A DNA stretch of 64,000 nucleotides from the human T2T-CHM13v2.0 reference genome, Homo sapiens: the NCBI RefSeq assembly GCF_009914755.1, contig NC_060930.1, one strand, 5' to 3'. Below the pieces are notes generated by a model, which saw nothing but the letters and a program-made list of their open reading frames with translations, ran no database searches and was not told the DNA's origin. The position numbers and the translations under genes are program-made. Position 1 is the first letter of the stretch, and every line of letters starts with the position of its first letter. Shown in pieces: positions 1-16,945 of this stretch.

Positions 1-24
1 ATTTGGGAGGGGTCAGGTGCAGAA

Positions 25-430
25 TGATATGGTTTGGATCTGTTTCCCTGTCTAAATCTCATGTCAAATTGTAATCCCCAATGTTGGAGGTAGAGTCTGG
101 TGGGAGGTGATTGGATCATGGGGGCAGATTTTCCTATTGGTGCTGTTCTCAAAATTGAGTGAGTTCTCAAGTGATCTGGTTGTTTAAAAGTACGTAGCAC
201 CTCCCACATCTCACTCTTTCTTCTGCTTTGGCCATGTGAGACATCTCACTCCCCTTTTGCCTTCTGCCATGATTGAAAGTTTCCTGAGGTCTCCCCAGCA
301 GCTGAGCAGGTGTCAGCATCATACTTCCTGTACAGCCTGCAGAACCGTAAGCAATTAAACTTCTTTTCTTCACAAATTACCCAGCCTCAGGTATTTCTTT
401 ATAGCAATGTGAGAATGGACCAATGCAAAT
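25..430 (+). mobile_element. MST-type MaLR solo LTR
   Basis: tgatatggtttggatctg...aaattgtaatccccaatgttggagg...attaaacttcttttcttcacaaattacccagcctcaggtatttctttatagcaatgtgagaatggac matches the MSTA/MSTB pattern. Confidence 0.85.
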
Positions 431-499
431 ATGTTAGAAAGCTAGAAAAAAAAATAGGGGAAGAAGGATATGTAATGTTAGGAGAATTTGTATTTTCAC

Positions 500-1500
500 A
501 AAGTGGCAAGAAAAACTTTTGTTGAGGAAATGACTTTAGAGTAAGTATGTAAAAGAGTGAAAGAGCTAGCATATGTCTGTGGAAAAAGAATCCTAAATAG
601 GGGTCACAGCAAGTACAAAAACCCTGAGATGAGAATGTGTTTGGCAAGTTGGAGATAAAGGAAGAAGGCAGTGTGACTAGCATAGTGAGCAGAAGGGCAG
701 AGTCATAGGATATGAGGTCAGAGAGATAAGAAAAGCCAGATCATGGAGGGGCCTTCAGGTCATGGCAAGGACTTGGGTTTTATTATGCACATTTTATTTT
801 TCCTTTTCTTTTTGACCTTTACTCAGATACTCAGATAGCAAAATCATTCATGTAGCCTCAACAAGAATTTGTACTGTTACAGTAGGAATGAGAAAGGAGA
901 AGAAAATTGTACTTTTTTGGTAGGGAGGGGAAGAAGAAGGAGGATGTTCTGAGCTAGTAATAAAACGGGAATGCTCAAAGAAAGAAAGTTAATATTAGGC
1001 TTGATTTTGTTTCTTTCACTTTCAAGCAGGCTCATGAGTATCAAAAGGAAAGATTCTGAGGGGAGTAAAACACTGTTTATGCTATTAACAGCTCTAGAAA
1101 GAAAATAGAGGTAGAGACTGAAGACCACTGCCCCATCTCAGGAGGGGCTGAAGGATTTAGGAAGGAAGAGGGGGTGGTTGGGTGTGACCGAAGTTTTGTG
1201 TGGAGGGGAAGTCGAGGTGGAAGTGTAGAGGGGGCATGTGCTGATGGAGAAGTGGAAGTCTGCAGTAGAGGCAGCAAGGCTGAATACCTTTGGTAGACAT
1301 TGACAGGGAACATATGCAAGCCAGTGTCTGTGGAATTGTTGGGGATGGACCCTACATCTACTCTGCCTGCTCCCTGGGGGATTATCCATCAGAAGGACAT
1401 TCATATGTGCCCTGAGACTTTGCTGTACTGTCTGCACCACCACCATGCACGGATCCCTACAAGAACCTATAAAATAGCTCCCGTTCACAGCCTGGACTCT
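500..1500 (-). mobile_element. Ancient L2 fragments
   Basis: Purine-rich L2-like text, e.g. gaggtcagagagataag...ccagatcatggaggggcctt...gtcatggcaaggacttgggtttt; boundaries approximate. Confidence 0.55.
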
Positions 1501-1641
1501 TGTCATAATCCTGCAAACAAAGAGATGGGGTCAAGTTGGGGCACTGAATCTTTGGAGAGAAAGAGTCCTGGCTTCATGCTCAGAAGAGGCAGGACAGTAG
1601 AGCAAACAGCCTGGTTATACCATTAGGTAGAGTTGGCTTAC

Positions 1642-1770
1642 TGGTGGCCAAGTATTTATTTTTAAAATGCTTATGGATATGAAAATATTAACATTTTCCT
1701 TTTCGTTTTGACTTGTTCTCTGGTAGGCAGAATCATTCCCGTCGCCTCAAAAAGAATTAGTATTTTTACA
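1642..1770 (-). pseudogene. PAN-like pseudo-exon
   Basis: Donor CCA|GTAAGC; pyrimidine tract with mutated acceptor; peptide DSAYQRTSQNE (Y and S at expected Cys positions). Confidence 0.35.
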
Positions 1771-2148
1771 TTAGGAATGCAAAGAGAAGGAGGCAGTATT
1801 CTTGTGGGGGGTGGGGGAGGGTCATGTTCCAGACTACTAATAAAGAAGAAGTTTTAAAAGAATAATAAAATAAATAAAAATAATACATAAATAAATGTTA
1901 CTTTTGTTGGGCAAGAAAATTAGTACTTTAATTAGTGATATGAAATATAGATAACTTATCTTTTGTCTAGGTGCATAGCAGATATATTTGGACAGGATAT
2001 TTATTTAGATATGTAGATAGAACAAACATAGCAACTTTGAGAGACTTTATAAAGAAAAACATATTTTAGATGCGTACTCCTGGAAAAGCAGTTTCATTAA
2101 CTTTCATTTTGTGAAGGAACAGTTTAATTGTAAAGTAAATTCATTTAT

Positions 2149-2410
2149 TTTATATATATATAATATATATATTTTATATATAAAATATATATATTATATA
2201 TATAATATATATAATATATATATTTTATATATAAAATATATATATTATATATAATATATATATAATATATATTATATATATTTTATATATAATATATATT
2301 ATATATATTTATATATTATATATATTTTATATATATATTTTATATTTTATATATATATTTTATATATTATATATATTTTATATATATATTTTATATATTT
2401 TATATATATA
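2149..2410. repeat. (TA)n-rich low-complexity tract of about 260 bp
   Basis: Almost pure A/T with alternating TA runs. Confidence 0.95.
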
Positions 2411-2636
2411 GTACTATAATATGACAGGGACCTTTCCAGGTGCTAGAGGTACAATGGTGAACACAGCAAAGTTTTTGTCCTCAAAATTTTATGTTTCAAT
2501 AAATTAGTAAATAAATGGCTAAATAAAATACTTACAGATTGAACCAAGTTTTTAAAAATTAATTAACCTGGATTGTATAAACTATAGTATTTAGATTAAA
2601 ATGATCTAATTAATTTATGAATTCACACATCAATTT

Positions 2637-2863
2637 AGGGATCTGCAAATAGTAGCCCATGGTTCAGCCAATGGGTCAAATCTGAACTGCCACCTGTTTT
2701 TTAAAGTTTTATTGGAACACAGACACATACCTATTTATTACATCTGTCTGTAGCCGTTTTTGACCTACAACAGTGGAGTTGAAAAGTTGCAATAGATACC
2801 TCTGGCCCACAAAGCCAGATATTTACTATCTGATACTTTTCAAAACATGTTTGCTGACCCCTG
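2637..2863 (+). mobile_element. MER58A-like hAT-Charlie DNA transposon fossil
   Basis: agggatctgcaaat...aaagttttattggaacacag...tttgctgacccctg. Confidence 0.8.
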
Positions 2864-2919
2864 GATTAATTCAAATATAATTTGAGATAATGAAGTTTGA
2901 AAATTTTTTAAAATCGCAC

Positions 2920-3043
2920 AAGCAAAACTGTTTAAGATAGTGTAGGAGATGAAGTCCTATTTTTGTGTCAGATGGTGTTTTTATCAAAAGCTCAAAAGTC
3001 ATATATGTACATATGGAGACGTGCATTCAAAGCTTTGAGTTTC
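2920..3043 (-). pseudogene. PAN-like pseudo-exon
   Basis: Acceptor TATTTAG; peptide ETQSFECTSPYVHI (C-x3-Y). Confidence 0.3.
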
Positions 3044-3093
3044 CTAAATACTATTAAATAAGAAATACGGTAGAATAGTTACTGTGCCAGTAA

Positions 3094-4155
3094 TGAAATT
3101 GCCATTGCAAAATTTTGAGAGTAAGAGAAATCTGACATAGTTGACTTCACCTTGCTTCCAATCTGCAAGCTGTCCTTGGTCATTACTGGGCATAGGTCAA
3201 GCTAACTTTGGGAGGAATTAGTTTATAGTTTAACTTGAAAGGAAAGATGATAATAGTCCCTCCTTAAAACTTAACTCCCTCAGCTGGGTGTGGTGGCTCA
3301 CGCCAGCACTTTGGGAGGTCGAGGCTGGTGGATGGCTTGAACTCAGGAATTTGAGACTAGCTTGGGCAATGTGGTAAAACCCTGTCTCTACCAAAAATAC
3401 AAAAAATTAGCTGGGTGTAGTGGTATGCCCCTGTGGTCCCAACTACTCAGAAGGCTGAGGTGTGAGGATGCTTGAGCCCAGGGAGGCGGATGTTGCGCTG
3501 AGCTGAGATGGCACCACTTCACTCCAACCTGGGTGACAGAGTGAGACCCCATCTCAAAACAACAACAACAAAAACCCAAATAAACAAACAACAATAAAAG
3601 AACCAAAACTAACCCTCTCTTTGCTCAGGGACTGAAAGCCACCTTTGTAAAGCTAATGAAAGGCCACAAGAATAGGTTTATGGGAGGAGTGTAAACTCTG
3701 ATAAAATGTAGGCATAGTTTCTATAATCCCTTACTGTTAAGGAGTCATATGACCAGAGATCACAAGATTTGTGACTTTCCCAATTACTCTTATCAGCAAC
3801 ATCACTACTGTAGAACCTAAGATTTTCAGACTGACCCCATCTGGACTGGTGACTTATGGCTCAACTGGTCCTGTGCTTCCATCCAGAGGCCGACTCAGTG
3901 CACGAGGATGGAGGACAACTTTCCATCACCCTATGATTTCATCCCTAACGAATGAGCAGCACCCATTCCCCAGCCTCCTGCCCACCAAATTGTCCATAAG
4001 AACGCCTAGTCTCTGAGCCTGTGCAGAGACTGATTTGTGTGATAACTCCCATTCTCTTTCATGGGCCAGCTTTGTGCCAGTTAAACTCTTTTCCTACTGC
4101 AATGCTGTGGTCTCAGTGGATTGATTTTGTTTCTGCAATGAGCAGGAGTCACTTA
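3094..4155 (+). mobile_element. LTR8-family (MER4 group) solo LTR interrupted by an AluJ-like element at ~3281-3600
   Basis: tgaaattgccattgcaaaatt...gctaactttgggaggaattagtttatagtttaac; the LTR resumes after the Alu tail. Confidence 0.8.
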
Positions 4156-4269
4156 TTAAAAAGTACATAATTTTTTTGTTCTTAAGTTACATATGATTTT
4201 TTTTCTTTTACTGGATAGTTACGATAAATCTTAGTTTAAGCAATTTTTGATAAGGTTTAAGAACACATT

Positions 4270-4562
4270 TTGTTTGTTTGTTTTTTCCAAGATGGAGTCT
4301 TGCTCTGTTGCCCAGGCTGGAGTGCAGAGGCATGATCTCAGCTCACTGCAACCTCCGCCTCCTGGGTTCAAGCAATTCTCCCTGCCTCAGACTCCTGAGT
4401 AGCTGGGACTACAGGTGCCCGCCACACGCCTGGCTAATTTTTGGTAGAGACGGGGTTTCACTATGTTGGCCAGATTGGTCTCAAACTCTCGACCTCAGGT
4501 GATCTGCCTGACTTGGCCTCCCAAAGTACTAGGATTACAGGTGTGAGCCACTGCACCCAGCC
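4270..4562 (-). mobile_element. AluS-like element
   Basis: Antisense Alu dimer. Confidence 0.9.
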
Positions 4563-4655
4563 AGAAAACATGTTATGAGAGCAATAGAAGAGATAGAAGA
4601 GCATACAGTATTTAAGAACCAAAGTTCTAGATTCCAGCTTGTTATCATTGTTCAC

Positions 4656-4850
4656 CTACACCTCTAGTAGACTCCCACTGGTTTCCCAGAGGCTAATGTT
4701 GCTCTACTTCAGTGCATTCCCCCTAGGTTCTGTGATTGCTTTCAGTTGAATGTTATGCTTGATTCCTATCATTTACACTTATTTTCTTTTCATCATCTAT
4801 TCCAGACGTGTTCCTTTCCCCTACATTTCTACATTATATTATATATACTG
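4656..4850 (-). pseudogene. PAN-like pseudo-exon
   Basis: Acceptor TTTTTTTTCTGAAG then CAG TAT, the same phase-0 Q-C type start as the exons ending at 6308 and 8269; CRNVGE...ENKCK; donor TAG|GTGAAC. Confidence 0.4.
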
Positions 4851-4877
4851 CTTCAGAAAAAAAATTATCATTTTACT

Positions 4878-5352
4878 TGTTAAAGATGGTAAGGCAGACT
4901 TTACTCAAGGTAGGCCATGATGATAGGTATAGGGACTGCAATTGGGTCTTACAGTGGGGGACAGAGAGTGGACTCCAGTTTGTTTCCAGCAAGGGAAAGT
5001 TAGAATTTTTTTTTTCTTTTTGCTCCCCAAGAAAAGTATACAAGTGGAGATTTATAACCAAGGAGCAGGCTGGAGGTCAGTGGATGGGAAATTACTAGGA
5101 GGAGACATCAAGTATTAGGGGATCTCTGGCTCTACTTAGTAGTTTTATTGCTGAAGGGAAGATGGTGAGATCAGATATCAAGGGTAGTTAGAGACCCCAG
5201 TATCAGGGGTGGGGAATTTTTGGTAAACTGGCTAGCAGGATTTTTGATCTCACAGTTCTACAAGGATGGAGAGGGACCCTGAAGGTTGGTCCTAGTCAGA
5301 AAGGACTGGAAAGCCTCTCTAAAGTTTTGGTCAAAGGAGAGAGTCTTTGACA
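4878..5352 (-). mobile_element. MER31-like ERV1 solo LTR
   Basis: Reverse complement begins tgtcaaagactctctcctttgaccaaaac. Confidence 0.6.
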
Positions 5353-5481
5353 ATATCAATAGTATATTAATATTTAAGAAAAGGGAAGAAGGGCCACTGG
5401 CATTTCTACATTTTTCTGTCCTTTTAGTCTGTTTTTATTCACATATGAAATTTTCTTTTGAAAATTTATTGAACTTTTGAC

Positions 5482-5753
5482 CTTTCTGTCACTCTGGTTC
5501 TGTTTTCATTCTTCTGTGTTCCTCTTTCTTCATTTCATCATAATTTACCCACTCATGATCATAGTATTTCCTTTTAATTCCCATATAGTATTTACAGCAC
5601 CCATCATTTTGGTGATACCACACAAATGCTCTGAGTATGTGATTAGGGAATAGAGGGTGGAGGGAGCTCTTCTAAGATTTCAAAGCCTCATTTTGTAATC
5701 TGCCTGACTCTGCAACCCTTCAATTCACACAGTTGAGTCCATTTAATTCCTAT
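5482..5753 (-). pseudogene. PAN-like pseudo-exon
   Basis: Acceptor TTTACAG; peptides IKWTQLCELKGCRV (W-x3-C-x4-C) and CKYYMGIKRKYYDHEW. Confidence 0.5.
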
Positions 5754-5821
5754 CTGTAAATTCAACTCAACCTCTCAGACCAATCACCCTTAGGTAGTTT
5801 GAATTAAAAAAAAAAACTTGG

Positions 5822-5956
5822 CAATAATGTCATATCAAGTGAGCTTAGATCCTTGTTCTCAGTCTTTGTTTTACAGATAAAATATATAATTATTCTTGTT
5901 ACTGCATGACTTTGAAGAACTGGTTCCTTTTATTCTCCAATAACTGATGATGAACT
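5822..5956 (-). pseudogene. PAN-like pseudo-exon (boundaries uncertain)
   Basis: Peptide GE*KEPVLQSHAVTRIIIYFICKTK follows the GQDM-ending exon; implied intron is only 56 nt. Confidence 0.3.
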
Positions 5957-6012
5957 CTGTATGTATACTGTTGTGTCTCAGTTCCCCTAAAATTGGGAGC
6001 GAGGAGTTTAGC

Positions 6013-6308
6013 TTGGTTATTCATGTCTTGCCCCTTCAACCCATTTGGTACCTGAGACCACACATCTTCTGGTAAGACCTCCGTGACCTGACCCTGCCTT
6101 GGGAGAAGCAACTTGATTAAATTGAGATAAATCATTAAAAGCAAACAAAAAAAAATTGTCCTGTTGGAATAATCAATTACTCATGAGGATGGTTCTAGAA
6201 TTGGTCTATTGGAAGTAAACCAGACATTAACTGTTCACATCTAGGTCTTAGGTTGGAGAAAATAATGAACCTCTATTCTTCACATTTCTTTGTGACCTTT
6301 GAGTACTG
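6013..6308 (-). pseudogene. PAN-like pseudo-exon, paralog of 7977-8269
   Basis: Strong acceptor ttttgttttcattttctatag; QYSKVTKKCEE*RFIIFSN/LDVNS*CLVYF...RQGQVTEVLPEDVWSQVPNGLKGQDMNNQ (the last part is in ORF 5899..6144). Confidence 0.75.
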
Positions 6309-6945
6309 CTATAGAAAATGAAAACAAAACAAAACAAGAAAAGTCCAGGATAACTACTACTTGTTAAATTTATAGTTAACCACTTCACTTGGACCATGAA
6401 CACTGCTGGACAATGTTTTCTTTTTCCCAAGCGAGTTTATCCTTCTGCTCTTCATTGTGGTGATTTCAAGACTAGTGAATTTACCTCAAATATCTGACTT
6501 CAGCTATATTTCCTCTACCTCTCATATCCTTTTCTTCAGTGGATCCTCATAGAGAAAAGAGAAACCCTCAGATAGAAACTTCTGCAGTATTCCAGCACCA
6601 AATTTGCACACTGCTATGCAATATTACCTTTCTGCCTTTCCTGCCATTTTAATGGAAAAGGTTTGCCTCCTCCTCTCTCAGGCTACTCCCCCTATCTCTG
6701 CACTGGGTTTGAGAATTATCCTCCCTTTTTTCCAGTGTCATTGATTTCTAAGCAAATGCACTCTTGTGATCTTCCTCTTAATTCTCAGGCTACTTCAGTA
6801 TTTTTTGTTGACTTCTGCTTTTCTATCCATTCACAGAAATGCTATTTTCCATTAGGGCTCCATATTCTACCCCATTGTCCCCAGGTAATCTTTTTTTTTT
6901 TTTCACACTAATTGTGTAATTTTCTAAGGCGATCTATTAGTTTTA

Positions 6946-7297
<352 letters not shown>

Positions 7298-7391
7298 GTA
7301 TTAATTACTTGGATAACATGTAAAACTTTTTATAAGAAACTATGTAAACTAAGTAATCTTTATCTCCTCTCACAGCTTCTGTATTATCTAT

Positions 7392-7394
<3 letters not shown>

Positions 7395-7450
<56 letters not shown>
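7395..7450. repeat. (TG)n microsatellite abutting the 3' end of the U2 retrocopy
   Basis: About 28 TG units. Confidence 0.95.
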
Positions 7451-7635
7451 GTGTACCATTCCTGGAGGCACTGCAATACTAGGTAGATGTATGGAATGGA
7501 AGGAGCAAGCTTCTATTCCATCTCCCTGCTCAAAAATACATTTAATATATTGTCCTTGAATAGAGGACATATCAGATTTTAAGCTGTTAAGAACAGATAC
7601 CACATTTGATCTTAGCTAAAAGGCCAAGAAGAAAT
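7450..7635 (-). pseudogene. Full-length U2 snRNA pseudogene (retrocopy)
   Basis: Reverse complement aligns end to end with U2 (ATCGCTTCTCGGCCTTTTGGCTAAGATCAAGTGTAGTATCTGTTCTT...GGAACGGTGCACC) with many substitutions; the branch-point recognition GTAGTA reads GTGGTA. Confidence 0.95.
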
Positions 7636-7976
7636 TATTTATATTGTGAAACCTCTCAATTAAAAATTTCTAATTCAAATCTTTCTTGTGATCTCCAGTC
7701 ATATAAACCTAAGAGAATGATTTATACATCCAGTTTGCTGGCTCACAAGGAATCTCAACTTCAACTTATCCAAACCTGCATTTATTAAGTTCTCTTCCCA
7801 ATCCCCACTAAATTACCTGCTCCTTACCCTATGTTTTTTTCTATTTAGTATCTGACTTGCTTAAGTCAGCAAAATGGAATATCTTTCTTTACTACTTCTA
7901 CTTATCTCCAGCCTCCATCATGTTAACTTGAGGGTGTGTGTGTGTGTTCGCGTGTTTGTCGAGGTGGGTATCTAAC

Positions 7977-8269
7977 CTGATCACTCAGGTCGTGTCCCTT
8001 CACTCAGTTTGGTAGCTGAAACCAAATGTCTTCAAACAAGTTCTCTGTGACCTGATACTGCCTTCAGGGAGGAGCAACTTGATTAAATTTAGATGAGTCT
8101 TTAAAAACAACAAAACTTTTCTTACCCTTTTAGAACAACTCAGTTATTCAAGAGAATGAGTTTAGAATTGATCTTGTTGAAATAAGCCAAATCTTTCCTC
8201 TTCGCATCTAAGTCGGAGAAAGTAATAGACATGCATGCTTCACATTTCTTCCTAAGCCTCTGAACACTG
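7977..8269 (-). pseudogene. PAN-like pseudo-exon, paralog of 6013-6308
   Basis: Acceptor tttctgcag, donor CAG|GTTAGA; QCSEA/RKKCEACMSITFSDLDAKRKDLAYF...RQYQVTENLFEDIWFQLPN*VKGHDLSDQ. Confidence 0.75.
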
Positions 8270-8937
8270 CTGCAGAAATTTATAACAATTCTTAAATTTC
8301 TTAAGCCTGTGGAAGAGGCAGTGCCACTGCCTTAGTTCTTGTCACTTCCTCAATTCCAGATGCATTTGATGTCTCTCTACCTTTTTACTTTTCATTTCAA
8401 TTTGTAAGTTCCAGTTTAGGTGTCTGTTTTCTTCTGCTAATTTGGCTAGTTTGTGATCTTCTTTGGTTAGAGCTGTAATTATCCATCTTTGTCTTTCTAG
8501 TTAGTAACTTGTTTCAGTGCCCGGAGCTCATAAGGGAGTAAATAACTGAACAGTTGAATGACCCCCCTAATATTCAGCCACCCTGAACTCCACCTCCTCC
8601 CTGCCTTTTGAAAGACTGCCTGTGTATCTCATCTCTAGGTCCCAAGTATATTTAGTCTAAATTATCTGGATGCTTGCTAAAAGTAGGATTTCCTATTACA
8701 CAGATTCTACTATCTCTCAGCTCAGTCTTGCTAACATGTACATTTTGGTCTTCCAGACTCTCAAACTGAGTGCCCATGACCTGTGGAACTATGTGTGTGA
8801 TTACAAGAACATAAATGTCCTGTGTTATGTCGGTTTAGGCCACTTTTTAGTTCTTTGAGACAAAATATATATATTAAAACAGGAAAATATGCAGCTAAAG
8901 CAAAATTTGGGGTAATTTTAAAAGCAAAGTATAAGAT

Positions 8938-9070
8938 TTCAATGCATGAAACTTCAAAAATATTTTATGGTGGGATGGGACAGTCTCTGCTAAATCCTCA
9001 TATCCCTGAGGATATACCATTCCCTATTCTGTTTTGGGATAGTGAACTTCAGATGTTAAGTCTGAAAGCA
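8938..9070 (-). pseudogene. Pseudo-exon (phase 1 to 0 type)
   Basis: Acceptor CCTACAG; ends NIFEVSCIE, which would join QCSEA of the next exon; donor mutated to AT. Confidence 0.45.
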
Positions 9071-9239
9071 CTGTAGGTAGGTGTTGTCTGTGTGTGTATG
9101 TGTGTGTGTGTGTGTGTGTGTATGTGTGTGTATGTAGAAGGAAGGTTTTCCATGAAGATTCTACAGAAAGGATTTTTGAGTTTTGGCCTAAAAAAGTAAC
9201 ATTAAGGAAATCATAAAACCTCTTCAGAGTTTAGCACAC

Positions 9240-9432
9240 CAGGGATAGCACTAAATGGCTTTCTAGTATCAAGATATAACCATTTTAATAAAGGAAGATG
9301 AAATATCTTAAATCATCCTTCCCAGCAGCCATTATGAAGCCAAATGCCTCACTGCCCTGCTTATTAGTTGCTTGTGATGGGAATACGGGAGTAATCTGTC
9401 CCGCATGAAGCTAGAAATCTCTCTTGGTATGT
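9240..9432 (-). pseudogene. PAN-like pseudo-exon
   Basis: AG/GT boundaries; TYQERFL (Y and F at Cys positions) and WLHNGCWEG*F...KWLYL...IPG. Confidence 0.5.
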
Positions 9433-10179
9433 CTAGATTTAAGACAATAGGATTTGAATATTATCATATTAATATATAAGTAAAACCAACAGAGCATCAC
9501 AAAATTAGCATTAGTAATCTTGTTTAAGGAATGTCCCTGAGGATTTAAAAATCCCTTTAGAGAAATCATAAGGCATGCTTCTATGTTTTTCTGTCACGGG
9601 TAACCACAACAGAGATTGCATGTGTTCCATAATTTTTACCAAAAGAAACAGTTGGAGACCTGAATTTTGAGGGTTTTGTTTTTTAATAAGTCCTTACTTC
9701 ACAAATGAGTTAGATTCATATATATTAAAAAATAATCATTTTTCTTCCATATAAGACTAACTAAGCATGAATTTAGCTGTCTTTTCAATTTTTGCACGGA
9801 AGTATTTTAGGTTCATTCAGTTTCATTTATTTATTTATTTTCTAAGGAAGAAGTCTGTGAGGATTCAGTAGAATCCAGAGAACACTGACTAGCTTTGAAT
9901 ACTGAAAACTTCCTCCTTCAACTTGGTTCTTGGTTTTCGGTATCCATTAAATAAGGAGGCCATGCACTAACTCCAGTCTTTCTATCTTAAATAAGCTGTG
10001 ATAATACTGTAATAAACAAGGCTCTAGATGGAGGTTTTCCAAATGCAGCTCAAATGAACAGGTGATATCTCTTGTGTTTAGATTTGTTCAGTAAAGTTTA
10101 CATCGCATGTGTGTGTTAGAGTATGTATGTGTGAGTTTGTGTGTGTATAACATATATTTATTTTCATTTTTATTATTAT

Positions 10180-10928
<749 letters not shown>

Positions 10929-11355
10929 TAAGCAGGTTCAGGCCAAGCTCTGTAGTTTTTGATAGTTTCTCTTTCTGAAGATACTATTTAAAGAGTGGAA
11001 AAGGTAGGAGATAAAATGTGAAACAAATATGGTTCTTAGATATTAAATATCTTCACCAAAACAGAGCAAAAGTGTTAGGAAAAATCTTTTTGCTCATTGT
11101 TGGCTAACACAAGTTAGGATTTACTCGAAATAAGTCTTGTGTTCTTATTTTGTTGTGTTCAGACAGCCAAATTCTTTACTGTAATTCAAAGAATGTATAG
11201 CCAGTGTTGATGACATAATAAAAGGGGAAAATAAATGTAATAAATTTCCAAATTATCCTTCTTAAACTCACTGAAAAAGAGTCTAAGGATAATGTTTATT
11301 AAATGTACATGCACTTCTTTGGAAATATGTCAAGACTATTTAAAAACACACACAA

Positions 11356-11664
11356 GGCCGGGTGTGGTGGCTCATGCCTGTAATCCCAGCACTTTGGAAG
11401 GCTGAGGTGGGTGGAAGGATCACTTGAGGCCAGGGGTTTGAGAACAGCCTGGGTAACATAGCAAGACCCAGTCTCTACAAAAAGTTTAAAAAATTAGCCA
11501 GGCATGGTGGTGTACATGTGTAGTCCCAGTTACTTCAGAGGCTGAGGTGAGAGGATTGTTTGAACCTCTAGGAGTTGAGGTTACAGTGAGCTATGATAGC
11601 ACCACTGTACTCTAGCCTGGGTGACAGAACAAGACCCTGTCTCAAAAATAAATAAATAAATAAA

Positions 11665-11710
<46 letters not shown>
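11356..11710 (+). mobile_element. AluJ-like element with (AAAT)n and (CA)n tail
   Basis: Alu dimer followed by microsatellites. Confidence 0.9.
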
Positions 11711-11712
<2 letters not shown>

Positions 11713-11821
11713 TTATGGGCTACAATCTGAAAGCCTTGGTAGAGTTTATTTATACATAATTTAAAAATGTGTGCACAGAAAATATTTCTATGATTAAATA
11801 ATGACATTAAAACAGTAATAC

Positions 11822-11940
11822 TTCAACACTGGCAATAGGTTCAGATGAGTTTTGTGAGTCAAACCAAAGATTCTTGGTAAGAAACATCAGTAAATTATAA
11901 ATAGCAAGATAAAAATAGAAAACCATTAGCTCAGCAGGAG
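11822..11940 (-). pseudogene. Pseudo-exon with an open frame
   Basis: Strong acceptor ctctcttctctcccacatacacag, donor GAA|GTATTA; ...TKNLWFDSQNSSEPIASVE joins TYQERFL of the next exon in phase 0. Confidence 0.6.
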
Positions 11941-12121
11941 CTGTGTATGTGGGAGAGAAGAGAGCAAAGAGAAGTTGCATACATACTACAGATGACATTA
12001 AAAATCTAGTTTATTTAAGAAGAAAACTGAATACTAAAAAAATGGTATTTGAAACATTTTAATGGTATATTGTGGACTTTTTTCTACAGTGATACAGTAG
12101 GTATTATTATCTGTCGCTTAC

Positions 12122-13082
<961 letters not shown>

Positions 13083-13119
13083 CTAGAGACATGTGCAAGA
13101 TTAATGATTATAATTTTAT

Positions 13120-13420
<301 letters not shown>

Positions 13421-13709
13421 CAATTCTATAGTTCTTGAAAAAAGGACTGACATACACTTATTATGGCTTTAAGGAACAGGTAGACAGCTAAACATATTTA
13501 CTTGTTTCATTTTTTAAATGCTAGTAAAATATCAGCATACCACAGATAAATTATAAAATTGTCAAACCTATACAAAGTAGAGGATAACATAAGGAATCTC
13601 ATGTATTCATCACCCAGGTTTAACCATTTTCCCAGGTATTTTCCAATTTTCTCAGTAAATATTTCAATATGCATCTCAAATATAAAGACTGATTAAAAAA
13701 TAACCACTT

Positions 13710-15528
<1,819 letters not shown>

Positions 15529-15529
15529 T

Positions 15530-15970
15530 AATGGTTAACTTAATATGTCAACTGGGCTAGGTTATGATACTTAGATGTTTGATCAAACACGAATCTACAT
15601 GTTGCTGTGAAGGTATTTTTTGGATATGATTAACATTTAAGTCAGTAGACTTTGAGTGAAGTGGATTATCCCCTATAATGTGGGTGGGCCTCATTCAATC
15701 AGTTGAAGCACAAGTTTGAGGTCCCCTGAGAAAGAAAGGATTCTGCCTCCAGATAGGCTTCAGGTTTGAGAATGTAACATCAACACTTCCCTGGGTTTCC
15801 AGGCTGCTGGCCTACCCTGCAGATTTCAGATTTGCTATCCTTTGCAATTGCATGAGCCAATTCCTTAAAATAAATCCATCTTGCTCTCTCACTTTCTCTC
15901 CGTCTCATATATCTATATATATATACACACATCCTATTGGTCTTATTTCTCTGGAGAACCCTAATACATA
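15530..15970 (+). mobile_element. MLT2-family ERVL solo LTR
   Basis: atggttaacttaatatgtcaactgg...gattaacatttaagtcagtagactttgagt...ttctctggagaaccctaataca. Confidence 0.8.
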
Positions 15971-16654
15971 ATGAACTCTTTTGTGATGTAGAAAAACAAT
16001 TGCATCTAAACAATGATATATATTTTGACCAGGCTCTCAGCAAATCTGGAATCAAAAGATGTGAGTATTGTAAAAAAAACTTGGAGGTAATTTGCTCAAA
16101 TTTTTAAACTATACATTGTTAAAAATTATAATAATAAGAGCCAAATGATTCACGTGTATTATATATAATCTTCATAACAACCAAGGATAATATTATACAA
16201 TTTTATATATGAGAAGATGAGGCTCAGAGAAGTAAGTAAGTTTTCCAAGATGCTTGTTGCTGAGTCTGTATTGGAATTCAATATTATTTGAATCAAGTTT
16301 ATTGTTTATTAAATTAGATGGCTCTTTTTTAATGCAGCTTTTAAATGCTTAAATATTTTTGGTGATACAGAGGCCACTATATGAAGACTGTCCATAGATA
16401 TATCTATATATTTAACATCTTTCTTAGAAAGGTCTTCCATTTTTTGAGCTGAACTTTATCATGTATTTTGCCCTCTATAGCTACATTTCATTATGTTAGC
16501 TCTTCATAGCTATTTTACACAAAACAGTTCTTTAAAAACAATTTTTTTTAATAGGAAACAATTTTCAGATTCCTTCCCTCCAGATTGCTTGTACTAATCT
16601 CTGGCTGGCTGTTTGGTGGTAAGTTCCAGCAACTATTTTAAAAGTTTGACTCTA

Positions 16655-16945
<291 letters not shown>

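Noticed and set aside
8063-8126. Possible 64-nt intron (AAG|GTAAGA...GAAG) inside the 7977-8269 exon
   Set aside because: Very short, in frame, and conserved with the paralog, which lacks the donor; more likely coding.
8667-8797. Open 38-codon minus-strand frame after TTCCACAG (VMGTQFESLEDQ...)
   Set aside because: No Cys pattern, and the sequence resembles a degraded MER5-type element; not counted as an exon.
16583-16625. Plus-strand mini-exon-like signal (ccctccag...tg|gtaagt)
   Set aside because: Isolated, with no partner exons or coding signal; expected by chance.
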